A stretch of 64,000 nucleotides of DNA from Clostridia bacterium (lineage in GTDB: Bacteria > Bacillota > Clostridia > UBA1212 > DUPL01), in assembly GCA_050951325.1 (NCBI GenBank), contig JBMNIW010000003.1:1-64000 (forward strand). Reading direction: 5' to 3'. The notes under the pieces are model-generated. The model saw only the letters and a list, made by a program, of their open reading frames with translations. It had not been told where the DNA came from and ran no database searches. This document shows, one piece after another, positions 12,353 to 21,474 of the stretch. Position numbers and translations under genes: made by a program. Every line of letters begins with the position of its first letter. The stretch's first letter is position 1.

Positions 12353-12934
12353 CTATCTTTCTACCAGTTTAAAAGCCCTATAATAGTTTTGGTCAGAAAT
12401 TTCATCAAAAAGATTTAAGTCTTGTCCTGAATAAGTCCCAGGATAAAACATGATTAAAGGTACATGATCTATTACAGAATGTAGAACATTTAAAATAGTG
12501 TGAGATCGGATAATTGGCCATATTTTCCCCACACCTGTTAAGAAAACAATATCATTTTCCTGTACTCTTTCTCTGATATACTCTACAACTAAATCATTTT
12601 TCTGGGTGAGTCTTAAAGTATTCTTTATAGGCTTAAGGATTGCATCTGTACCTTTTTTCTTCTCCATTTCAAAGACTTTTTTCAAATATCCCTTTTCCGC
12701 TAATATTTCAATCATTATTTCATAAAGGTCAATTTCTCTAATAGAAAAATCCATTCCATCATTATTTATTTTCTGCTTTAAGAACTTTATATGTTCTCTA
12801 ACAATGATTTCATCCTCAGGATCATAATCAAAAATGTAGTAGCCTATTTCATTGCCTAATCCTTTGTTCTCCCTAAATCTTTTATCTGTAATAATAGGTA
12901 GAATCTCATCAAGCCTTTCATAAATGGTCTTCAT
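12353..12934 (-). CDS. brxB: BREX BrxB (DUF1788)
   Basis: 193 aa; GLGNEIGYYIFDYDP, TGVGKIWPIIRSH, MFYPGTY, NYYRAF. Confidence 0.93.
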   Translation of the reverse strand: MKTIYERLDEILPIITDKRFRENKGLGNEIGYYIFDYDPEDEIIVREHIKFLKQKINNDGMDFSIREIDLYEIMIEILAEKGYLKKVFEMEKKKGTDAILKPIKNTLRLTQKNDLVVEYIRERVQENDIVFLTGVGKIWPIIRSHTILNVLHSVIDHVPLIMFYPGTYSGQDLNLFDEISDQNYYRAFKLVER

Positions 12935-13531
12935 TTATATCCCTCCTAACATAGCCTGCAGGTATATGCCGTCACCTTTTTCATTTAAATGATCTATTAA
13001 TTCTTGCTCCATTAAGGGTCTGGTTATTTCAACATCTTTTTTATTCTTCTTTACAAATCCGGCTTCAGTTAAGATTCTTTTGTAAACCTGCTTTAATTTA
13101 TAAAAGGTATAATCTTTCCACTCTGCCACTTTTTGACTTTGTTCTGCTTTTCTTTGGAAGAAAATAGCAAAATCCTTATCTGTAATTAAATAATCTCTTA
13201 TAAGGTATTTATCTCTATATACCTCCTGCATGAACTCAAAAAAAAGCCTGTCTGTTTTCAAAATAGCATATAGGGCTACCTGTTTGCTTGTTTCAAGGTT
13301 TCCATTTACTAATTTATCAAGTAACATTTCATCCAAGGCTTCTAGTCTTTCCGAAACGGTTGAAGCAATTTCCTTAATTCTGTTCTCTGAATTTAATGAA
13401 AATATATTTTCATCTAATGCTTTTTGTCTTATATCATCTATAGAAAACCCTTGTAAATAAAGGCTTGCAGCCTTTTTCAATTCTAAATAAAGATATGATC
13501 TTGCCTTAATTGTTGACTTATAATCTAACAT
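12935..13531 (-). CDS. brxA: BREX BrxA (DUF1819)
   Basis: 198 aa; first gene of the operon; DRLFFEFMQEV...W...T.YKLKQVY.RIL.EAG pattern. Confidence 0.9.
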   Translation of the reverse strand: MLDYKSTIKARSYLYLELKKAASLYLQGFSIDDIRQKALDENIFSLNSENRIKEIASTVSERLEALDEMLLDKLVNGNLETSKQVALYAILKTDRLFFEFMQEVYRDKYLIRDYLITDKDFAIFFQRKAEQSQKVAEWKDYTFYKLKQVYKRILTEAGFVKKNKKDVEITRPLMEQELIDHLNEKGDGIYLQAMLGGI

Positions 13532-13578
13532 GATTTACCATATCACCTCTTTTTCGTGGCCATTTTTTGTATATATAC

Positions 13579-13608
13579 ATTATACCACTATTTAATCATA
13601 AATGCATT
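13579..13608 (-). promoter_or_regulatory. Probable sigma-A promoter of the BREX operon (extended -10)
   Basis: Minus strand TGGTATAAT (TG-n-TATAAT) ~50 bp upstream of brxA; -35 poorly defined. Confidence 0.55.
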
Positions 13609-13819
13609 GAAAAACCAGAATTAATTGTGAGTTAATTCTTTAATATAAAATCCTCCCCTTATAAAACTTGAAATATTGCGATTAAAAAGAGATTAGATTT
13701 TTTATCTCTTTTATTTAATTTTTTTCTTCCTTTTCCTCATTAAATCTATTTTATTTATTTTGATGGATTTTTTATTATGTAATCTTCCATTATTTTTAGG
13801 AGCATATCGAAAATTGAGC

Positions 13820-13863
13820 AAAAAAAATAACCGTTTTGTAGTTGATAACAAAATGGTTATTTT
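13820..13863. terminator. Bidirectional terminator-like hairpin
   Basis: aaaataaccgttttgt-agttgata-acaaaatggttatttt flanked by A/T runs. Confidence 0.6.
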
Positions 13864-14095
13864 AAAAAAGTCTATTTTAGCCGATTTATACTGATTTAGC
13901 CCTATATTAGCCTACTGGGATTTTATATGAATTTCTTTCTATTTCTTTTTATTTTATTCTTTTTATTTATTTTATTTATAGCATAGTCATCCTCTATAGC
14001 GATTTTTTTCGGCACGAATAAAATAATTAGGAAAATCAACTCCCTCTACGCTTAAGCAGGCAGTATATCTCAATATATCCGCCAATATTGAAAGT

Positions 14096-14292
14096 TAATA
14101 ATTATCACTAATAGCCCTTAACAGTTTATACCCAGTAATAACTACTAACAATGGTTCTTAACTGTTATTAACCACTATCTAACAGGCTTACAATGCACTT
14201 ATCAAAGTTTAATAATGGCTAACATGCAGTAATAACGGCTAATATTGATTATTATTGGTCAACAATTGTCATTACCTTAACCTTGGTTATCA
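14096..14292. repeat. Array of degenerate TAAYA-like units with ~10-bp period
   Basis: TAACA/TAATA-like cores at 14096, 14109, 14119, 14136, 14146, 14159, 14169, 14180, then every 10 bp at 14200, 14210, 14220, 14230, 14240, 14250, 14260, 14270. Confidence 0.7.
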
Positions 14293-14457
14293 GTTTTTTT
14301 CACCTGAAAATGCTACCTTAATCAATTTAATAAATGCTACTGCTGCCAGTGTAAAAATTATTAAAGATTTGCTTCCTAACATATTATAAAGTTGTATGGA
14401 TGCACTTACTATAAGGCAGATTGAAATAATAAACGTTATTATTAAAATCTTGAACTA
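14290..14457 (-). pseudogene. Small two-TM membrane protein whose start-codon position reads TAG
   Basis: Perfect RBS AGGAGGTGA (14461-14469), TAG at the ideal start spacing, then 54 open, mostly hydrophobic codons FKILIITFIISICLIVSASIQLYNMLGSKSLIIFTLAAVAFIKLIKVAFSGEKN*. Confidence 0.55.
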
Positions 14458-14555
14458 ATATCACCTCCTGTAATCATATATGTTCTTATTGATGTCGGTA
14501 TTTTTACAATATGCAAAGTTGTTTTATCTTACATGCCTGATATACCATAATCCTA

Positions 14556-14708
14556 CTATCCTCTTTTTATCCAATCACTAAAATCTTCTCCAGTGTATAA
14601 ATTAAACCATAGAATTCTCCAATATTTTAAATGGCTTGGTATAGTTTGTCCATTGGGGAATATTAGTATTTTATCCTTTTCTAAAAACCATTTTTCTATT
14701 TTTCTCAT
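14556..14708 (-). CDS. Small hypothetical protein, 50 aa (MRKIEKWFLEKDKILIFPNGQTIPSHLKYWRILWFNLYTGEDFSDWIKRG)
   Basis: Own translation; protein-like composition, purine-rich upstream sequence; below the ORF-track length cutoff. Confidence 0.4.
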   Translation of the reverse strand: MRKIEKWFLEKDKILIFPNGQTIPSHLKYWRILWFNLYTGEDFSDWIKRG

Positions 14709-14761
14709 CCCTTTTTTGCTCCATTATATCATGGGCCTAATTGCTATTTCCGCTCCTAAAT

Positions 14762-14792
14762 AAAAAAACCGGCCTGTTAATGGCCAGTTTTT
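14762..14792 (-). terminator. Intrinsic terminator directly after the ParR-like fragment
   Basis: Minus strand AAAACTGGCC-ATTAACA-GGCCGGTTTTTTT. Confidence 0.75.
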
Positions 14793-15042
14793 AGATTCTG
14801 TCAAATATTTGGAAGACCTCATCAGGTATTTGACTTTCTTCTGTAAAATAACAATCCTTGTCTGCCGTAAGATTCATATCCTGCAAAACTTCTCTAAGTG
14901 CCCTTTTAATCCTTATTAGTTCCCTCTCCTCTTGGGTGACACCTTCACAGGCTAATATGGCTTTGATAATATAGGCTGTTTTCTGTCTTTTTGACCTGAT
15001 AATATTGTAAGCAATCCGATCATTTTCTCTTTGTAGGTTAAA
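14791..15042 (-). pseudogene. 5'-truncated ParR-like (type II partition, centromere-binding) protein
   Basis: Open frame without a start: FNLQRENDRIAYNIIRSKRQKTAYIIKAILACEGVTQEERELIRIKRALREVLQDMNL...EESQIPDEVFQIFDRI*; by eye it resembles clostridial ParR adaptors (RHH-like N-part, 'IP.E....F..' C-terminal helix); followed by a terminator. Confidence 0.55.
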
Positions 15043-15291
15043 TATTCGCCAAAGATATCAGCAAATAGATTTCTACTTTTAGAAACAACTGATGTATTAG
15101 AAAATGAGCAATGGATGATTGAAAAATGGAAAGTTGACAATAAGGTTCTTATAGACAAAATCAATAAATTATCTGAGTTTCAGGCTTTCGCAATGATTAT
15201 GATTATCTACAAATTTTGGAGAGATACAGATCGATACAAAGATGATTTATCCCTTTTGTTTAAGGATGATACTGAAAAAACTCTTATTTAA
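15040..15291 (+). pseudogene. 3' fragment of a hypothetical gene (KYSPKISANRFLLLETTDVLENEQWMIEKWKVDNKVLIDKINKLSEFQAFAMIMIIYKFW...)
   Basis: 83 open sense codons preceded by an in-frame TAG, with no RBS or start at the 5' end; ends just before the RBS of ORF 15319. Confidence 0.55.
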
Positions 15292-15318
15292 AAAATATTA
15301 TGAAAGGAATGATTATTT

Positions 15319-15858
15319 ATGGCAAACCTTACATTACCAACAAAATTATTGTATGAACAGATGAAAACTGGTCAGATGTTATCAATAAGAATTTATAGTC
15401 CGCAACTGAAGAAACATCAAACTGCTTTTGTAATAAAAGATTTTGCAAAAAATATAAAGTATATTCTAAATAACACTAACACTGCAAGCGCACGATGTTG
15501 CGTAAATGTTTCCGGAAATGCTGCTTCATTAATTTATTTAATAGGTTTTGGTGAGCATAACAACCCCCTCTATAACTATTGGTTTAACTATCATTCAAAG
15601 TCAATAAACACACACGAATTAGAAGATCTTTCATATCAAGACACTGTAGATTATTTATTAGTTGATCACAAAAATAAATTGAGAGAGGTATTAAGAATTA
15701 AGAATATTTTAGTTGATGCTGCTCCAATATATGTTAATCTTGCAAAAGAGATGTATTGGACCCCTTCCGAATTCAAACAACTACAAAATAATATAATGAG
15801 AGACTTTAAAACTTATAGAGAAATCTGGAATTCCATCCCAGTGAATATGAGTGCATAA
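15319..15858 (+). CDS. Hypothetical protein (179 aa)
   Basis: ORF with RBS AAAGGA; no motif recognised. Confidence 0.75.
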   Translation: MANLTLPTKLLYEQMKTGQMLSIRIYSPQLKKHQTAFVIKDFAKNIKYILNNTNTASARCCVNVSGNAASLIYLIGFGEHNNPLYNYWFNYHSKSINTHELEDLSYQDTVDYLLVDHKNKLREVLRIKNILVDAAPIYVNLAKEMYWTPSEFKQLQNNIMRDFKTYREIWNSIPVNMSA

Positions 15859-15903
15859 TCTTCAATTTCAAGTATATTAACATCCTTCAACCCTGTTGTC
15901 CCC

Positions 15904-17182
15904 CTAGGGTGGAGGATGTTTATTATTTTCATTTCTTCTTAAGAAATCATAAACAGTAGTATGGCTTGTCCCCATTAATTTTGCCACCGTTGGCACGCTG
16001 TTATACTTTAATAGCCGTATTAATTCCTCTCTCCAATAATCCCCGAAATCCACAATCCGAGAATATCTATACTTGTCTTCTTTTTTCGTATCAGGTCCAC
16101 GTCTCAAATATGAAAAGCCACAATTTGGACAGGTAAAATATCCTATTGGACTCTTGTTTTTATAACTATTTCTAATTTCTACATTCTCGATGACCTGTTT
16201 CTTATATTGTTTGCAAACAGGATTTAGACACGGATACGGCCCTTTCCCAAAAGGTAGGTACCCTACATTTTGATTAAATAACACTTCTGGTGATAGACCT
16301 AAAAATCTCATAAATAATATATGTTTTAATGGATCTTCGATAGTTGCTTTATTCCATCCCATTTTTAAAAGCCAATTACTGTTATTAGTCTTCCTAATTG
16401 TATTGTGAGTCATCTGAAGTATCTCACTGCCCCAAAAGGTTTCAAAATCAGTAATAAGATTTTTCTGGCGTAGACCTCCATTCACTGTAGCATACTCTAA
16501 TATCTTTAACTGATTTAGATACTGCTCTTTTATGTTTGTTTTAATTTCAGGATTATTCAAAATCCAGTTCATATCCTCTGCAATAATCAGTAATTTTTCA
16601 TAGGTCTTTGGCTCATACACAACCTCAGTTTCAACAACACAGTTTCTTTCCGTTGCTGCTATATATTTATATTTATTGTCCTCAAATGATACACTGCTAT
16701 TATAAATAGGTATTTTATGGTGAGGACAAATATAGATGCCTCTTATCTGATGAACCCTATGCCAATATAATTCGCCATATCTTTCCATATCTTCTTTATT
16801 GCATTTTGGACAAAATCTTAGAAATTTATTTTCAGCCAGTGGGTTTATTATTCCTGTTATTTTGTTGTATATTTCAACATCCCCATGCAACATATACCGT
16901 CTTATTATTTCCCTGTTCTCAAGGCTTAAAAAGACCGTGTAATAGGGAAATAGGGTATGTTCAAGTATTAGCCTATCTACATCAAAAGGACTGTTTAAGG
17001 GCATATTGTCGGACCAAATTTGCCAATAATGTTGGGAATTCCAGGCTACAAACTATACGCTTTACATTAAACAGATCCCTCGCAGTTTCACTTCCATTGA
17101 AATTTGGACTTTTTTCATGATATCTGGCAAAAACACTATATAATATTTCATCTGTATACGGTGTAGGAAAAAAAGTCATCAT
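15904..17182 (-). pseudogene. tnsD: Tn7-like target selector TnsD/TniQ, frameshifted near 17011
   Basis: N-part FFPTPYTDEILYSVFARYH (ORF 16982..17182) plus HTLFPYY, FCPKC...YWHRVHQ...CPHH, PLKHIL, PFGKGPYPCLNPVC and CPNCGFSY (ORF 15904..17004); removing one base at GTCCGAC fuses them (..LVDNMPLNSPF..). Confidence 0.9.
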
Positions 17183-18561
17183 ATAACTTCAAATCCTTTA
17201 ATTAACCCATGATTTTTCAATATATCATAAGCAGTTAGATCTTCCTCCTTATTCTGCACCATAACTCTAATATCATTTTCTGCACTTGGAGGCACCTTCT
17301 TGGTTCTAACTTTCACTGGCTTTTCATTATTTTCTACTGTAGATGCCTTGGAAGTGGTAGGTATTACAAACCTATTCCGATTAGGCAATTCATAACTTAA
17401 ATCAATGTTCCCAGTATATATGTCAGGATATTTTACTATTTCCATTACATTACCTGTCCTTAATGCATTTAGCATTGGCTTTACCAGCCTTAAACTTTCG
17501 TCAGCCACTTGTTTAATTAATTCAGGTGTTATTGTCTCAATCCCGCTTGAAATTGCCTTTGTTTGAGCAAGGGCATAAAGTTTCACTGTTATATCAATTA
17601 TTCCTTGGGATTGATCATATAGGGTCTCTATTAATTCATCAGTCAGAGCAGTAGGCCTTTTCGTCCATTGATAGCCCCATATTGCACTTACAAGTAGTTT
17701 GAAGTTAATATCATTATCTAACCTTTCAAATACCAAATCCCCTTGCCCTGAACCCCTTCTTGCCTGTCGGAACTTCCCTTGCAATACTCCCATAGCCTCA
17801 GGAGTTCCTATTAATAATACTGGTAAGCCAATAGTATTGACTAGAGTAACAAAAAAATTCAGCATCCTGTCGGCTCCTCCAGACTTAGACTTGCTAAGAT
17901 TTTGTATCTCATCAATTACTAATAACCCTAATGAAATACTTTTAGCAATATTGCTCATGGCAACGAGCATATTATCCACTGAAAGTTTACCACTACCAAA
18001 TCGTGAATAATAGTCTGTCCCTAATATCTCATCAACCTTACTAAAAAATGATAGACAAAGTCCTTTAATGCTTCCATCGTAAGAGCATTCAAGCCTTAAA
18101 TATACTACCTGATATCGTGAAAGTGGGCTATCTTTGTATTTAGAGTGAACGATTACTTGTGGATACATGGATAATATTCTGTTCACAACTGTTGTTTTCC
18201 CCATACCTGATACTCCAAGTAAAGTAAAAGAGCCTGCGGTGCTGCGATAATTGTTTGAAACAAAGGACTTATCCAAAACATTTCTTGCTACATAACCCTG
18301 TCTTATAACTCTACTGATTCTACTTTCTAAATCTAAATGTATCGCTAGTGGCTGAAAGACATCATATAGACGTCCCACTAAATGGGCTCTGTATTGATTA
18401 TCTAACTGTCTTTCTTCTTTATTATAGGGAGGAAAATTTGCTAACTTTGATACTACCTCTTCAGAAGATGTGATTTCAGGCAATGCCTCTATAAATGGAT
18501 TACCTTTATATTCTGAAATAATCTGCTCTTTGTATTGGGCATTATGTATCAAATCCAGCAC
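17179..18561 (-). CDS. tnsC: Tn7-like AAA+ ATPase TnsC
   Basis: EYKGNPFIEALP N-terminus, Walker A GVSGMGKT, Walker B LLVIDEIQNL, FRQARR; overlaps tnsB and tnsD. Confidence 0.93.
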   Translation of the reverse strand: MLDLIHNAQYKEQIISEYKGNPFIEALPEITSSEEVVSKLANFPPYNKEERQLDNQYRAHLVGRLYDVFQPLAIHLDLESRISRVIRQGYVARNVLDKSFVSNNYRSTAGSFTLLGVSGMGKTTVVNRILSMYPQVIVHSKYKDSPLSRYQVVYLRLECSYDGSIKGLCLSFFSKVDEILGTDYYSRFGSGKLSVDNMLVAMSNIAKSISLGLLVIDEIQNLSKSKSGGADRMLNFFVTLVNTIGLPVLLIGTPEAMGVLQGKFRQARRGSGQGDLVFERLDNDINFKLLVSAIWGYQWTKRPTALTDELIETLYDQSQGIIDITVKLYALAQTKAISSGIETITPELIKQVADESLRLVKPMLNALRTGNVMEIVKYPDIYTGNIDLSYELPNRNRFVIPTTSKASTVENNEKPVKVRTKKVPPSAENDIRVMVQNKEEDLTAYDILKNHGLIKGFEVI

Positions 18562-20605
18562 GATCTTTTCCCTCCTTCTGTGCCTTTAATAGTAATTCGA
18601 CCAAATTTTGCTCGGCATCACCATAGGCTTTTTCTTCAACTACTATATTTGGTTCTTCTGGTCTTATTTCGATAATATTTTGTTTCCTCTCCTGCTGCTT
18701 CTCAAAATGGCGATTATCTCTGATATTCTGAATGCGTCTCTTTTTGCTTATGCCTTCTTCAACTTCATTTTTTGTCTCTTCTTTTGCCTGTTCAATGATT
18801 TCTTCTATGTCATTTAATAAATCTATTTTATTTTGCAATTCTACTTTTTTTGAGGCTTTAGCCTGCATTTTTTCATATTCCATTAGATATGTTACTTCTT
18901 CAATGGGCTTTTCTTTGTATCTTGACTGGTGTTCTAATAAAAAACACTTATCAAATTTTCTCCCATCTTCATATTTGATATAAATAAAACTCATATCCCT
19001 TGGATCATATGATATGTCAACTTTCCAAGATCCATTGTTCCTTGCTTTCTCGAACCATCGTTCTTTTAATGAGGTTTTAGAACCAAATAGCATCCCTTTA
19101 AACTTAATCCCATGCTGTGTCACAGTTGCTTTGTCTCTTGGCAGTAGATTTAATTTCAATAAATCTTCATCAACAGTTCTTAACCTTCCTGTTCTATTAG
19201 CAACACCCCATTCCCAGATTAACTTGGGTATAGGTTCTACACCGTCTGCAATCATATCTTCGCTTCGGGTATAGTTAGATAAATAGTGATGATTATTATG
19301 ATACAATACACATTTTATTATAATTTGAGTAAACTGCCTTAAATCAAGGGCTGCTGATAGTCTGTAATCTTGCTCTCCTCTTTCACGGTATTGACTTTTA
19401 ATTGCACCAGGCATGAAAGGCTTGGTATGTTGGTTTATAGTATTAAAATACCTCTCTATAATCCCCTTCATGTCACCTCTGTAAGGGCTGGTATTTAATA
19501 CTTTTATTCCAAATGCTGATATTAATGACTCTATGTTTTCCCCTTCCAATTCTCCTCTATCGGCAATAATTGCTTCGGGCAGGGTGCTGCAGTAATTCCA
19601 CTCATCATTGCCAATCTCTATACCGTACTTCCTGCAAAAGGTTACTTTATCTGACGCAGCATTAATTAATGCGATACTCGCCCCAATCCAACTTGGACCT
19701 TCCAAAGATATATTAATTCCTACGACACAACGTGAAAATACATCCATAACAGTATATATAACCGGCCTTCCTATAATCCAATTTCGATTATATTGGGATA
19801 CTAAATAAACATCTCCTACTGTTGCATCTATTTGAAATATTGCTCCCGGTCCAAATGCTTCTTCAGTAGAAGAGCCTGTTAGCCCCCTATGTTGTAATTC
19901 ATATCGCTTTGCACTTTGCCTGGTAGATACTTCTTTTTTAATGTTTCTCTCCTTATTAAACCAATACCTGAATTGTCTTAATGTAGGAATGGCTTCATTT
20001 ACTATTCCATTATCACTAAAGTATTCCTTAATCATAAGTTCATAGGTTAATGTTAAAGTCTTTCTTGAAGAATTGTAATAAAACCTATTAAGTGCTGTAT
20101 TAAAAATCTTTATCGTTTCGGGGGTAATAACAAAAGTATTATCTTTTTCTTTGTTCCCTTGTTTCCCACCACAATTATGATAATCAGGAAGTAAAGAGTT
20201 TTTGTGCATACCTCTCTGCCAAAATCGTTTTAAATATCTCATTACAGTTGCTTCGTGGATATTTTCAACATATTCTCTGACAAGTTTAGCCCTCTTTTCA
20301 GCAATGTAAATATCAGGCTCAATTGTAACAATCTCTTTAATGGCATTATAGGCCTTATCTCTTATGGCCTTATGTTTAGGTAGGATATCCTCTTCATCTT
20401 TAATGATCATATATGGTTCGTTATCTAAAACATATATAGTGCCATCATTTAACCCACTCTGAATAAAGGTTTCTGAAACTGTAATAGGCATTGAGTTACC
20501 GTAAATATCAATTAAATAGATGATATCTTTATAGTAATACAGAATTCGGTAATATATTTTACCCTGACTTGTTTCATATAAGATTACACTATTGATTGGA
20601 AGCAT
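18542..20605 (-). CDS. tnsB: Tn7-like DDE transposase TnsB
   Basis: GPGAIFQIDAT (D), IIADRGE (D), KGIIERYF (E), Mu-type C-terminal ISYDPRD; start taken at MLPINS behind GGGGTG. Confidence 0.93.
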   Translation of the reverse strand: MLPINSVILYETSQGKIYYRILYYYKDIIYLIDIYGNSMPITVSETFIQSGLNDGTIYVLDNEPYMIIKDEEDILPKHKAIRDKAYNAIKEIVTIEPDIYIAEKRAKLVREYVENIHEATVMRYLKRFWQRGMHKNSLLPDYHNCGGKQGNKEKDNTFVITPETIKIFNTALNRFYYNSSRKTLTLTYELMIKEYFSDNGIVNEAIPTLRQFRYWFNKERNIKKEVSTRQSAKRYELQHRGLTGSSTEEAFGPGAIFQIDATVGDVYLVSQYNRNWIIGRPVIYTVMDVFSRCVVGINISLEGPSWIGASIALINAASDKVTFCRKYGIEIGNDEWNYCSTLPEAIIADRGELEGENIESLISAFGIKVLNTSPYRGDMKGIIERYFNTINQHTKPFMPGAIKSQYRERGEQDYRLSAALDLRQFTQIIIKCVLYHNNHHYLSNYTRSEDMIADGVEPIPKLIWEWGVANRTGRLRTVDEDLLKLNLLPRDKATVTQHGIKFKGMLFGSKTSLKERWFEKARNNGSWKVDISYDPRDMSFIYIKYEDGRKFDKCFLLEHQSRYKEKPIEEVTYLMEYEKMQAKASKKVELQNKIDLLNDIEEIIEQAKEETKNEVEEGISKKRRIQNIRDNRHFEKQQERKQNIIEIRPEEPNIVVEEKAYGDAEQNLVELLLKAQKEGKDRAGFDT

Positions 20606-21410
20606 ACCTAGCACCCCAATCAATAATAATTTTGGGACGACTTTTTGCTATATCTATTGATTCATTCATATCAATGTAAATATGTTTAGATGCTAGAAGG
20701 TATTTAAAAATGTATAACCCTGTTCCATCTGACACATCATTTTCTTTATCAAAATCAGAAGTTATTTTTCTAATTGAATATTTACTATCCCTAAATTTAT
20801 CAATTAGAATGTTACAATAATTCTCTAATGAATTTTCTGTTAAGCCTCTTTCTTCATAGGTATACAAACTTGAGTGTATCCACTCTATGTTTTTTACCAT
20901 TTTAGTAGGTATTTCTTTTTGTGTAATTATGCCAAAATCAATTTGCTTCGCTGCCCAATATCTTCTCTCTATTTCCAGTCTTTCTAGCACCGACTTCTTC
21001 TCTAACTCACCTGCTGATTTTATTGTTCTTGCAATATATTTGTGATTTCGTAAAGTTAGTAGAAATGTTGTGGTTAATATATATGGAGGTTCTTTATTAG
21101 TAAAAAACTCTTGTTTAAGGTCTTTATTGTCTTTTACTACCTCTGCTAAATCTAAAAGTGGATAATGTTCTCTAATATCTACTATTTCATCATCCCATTC
21201 AAACATGTAGAAACATCTGGTTTGTATATCTGAAAAGAAATGATGTATTCTGTTTGTCTTCCAGCCTTTTATGCGTGACACCCTACCATTTGACGGGAAG
21301 TCTTGTATGGATAACCAGGGCTTATAGGAGGCTAATTCCCCTGCACCACGGTTTTCAGACAGGAATCTTTTATACTTTGCCATAGTCCAAGAAGTATCTC
21401 TTTTGGCCAT
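20589..21410 (-). CDS. tnsA: Tn7-like endonuclease TnsA
   Basis: RGAGELASYKPWL, R.HHFFSD, DIREHYPLL, LEIERRYW motifs; start MAKRD at 21410 behind GGAAGG. Confidence 0.93.
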   Translation of the reverse strand: MAKRDTSWTMAKYKRFLSENRGAGELASYKPWLSIQDFPSNGRVSRIKGWKTNRIHHFFSDIQTRCFYMFEWDDEIVDIREHYPLLDLAEVVKDNKDLKQEFFTNKEPPYILTTTFLLTLRNHKYIARTIKSAGELEKKSVLERLEIERRYWAAKQIDFGIITQKEIPTKMVKNIEWIHSSLYTYEERGLTENSLENYCNILIDKFRDSKYSIRKITSDFDKENDVSDGTGLYIFKYLLASKHIYIDMNESIDIAKSRPKIIIDWGARYASNQ

Positions 21411-21445
21411 ATAAACCTTCCTTTCTTTCATACTTCTTGGATGTG

Positions 21446-21474
21446 ATGTTAACGTAGTATACTGGGATTTTCAA
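21446..21474 (-). promoter_or_regulatory. Sigma-A promoter of tnsABCD
   Basis: TTGAAA-17 bp-TAACAT, ~35 bp upstream of the tnsA start. Confidence 0.6.

Noticed and set aside
14481-14526. Possible distal Tn7 end between tnsD and BREX (tgttc...gcaaagttgtttt)
   Set aside because: A single weak match with wrong spacing from TGT, no repeated sites and no ATATG flank.
14952-15164. 70-aa minus-strand ORF in the track
   Set aside because: It straddles the deletion junction as a shadow of two more protein-like frames and has no RBS.
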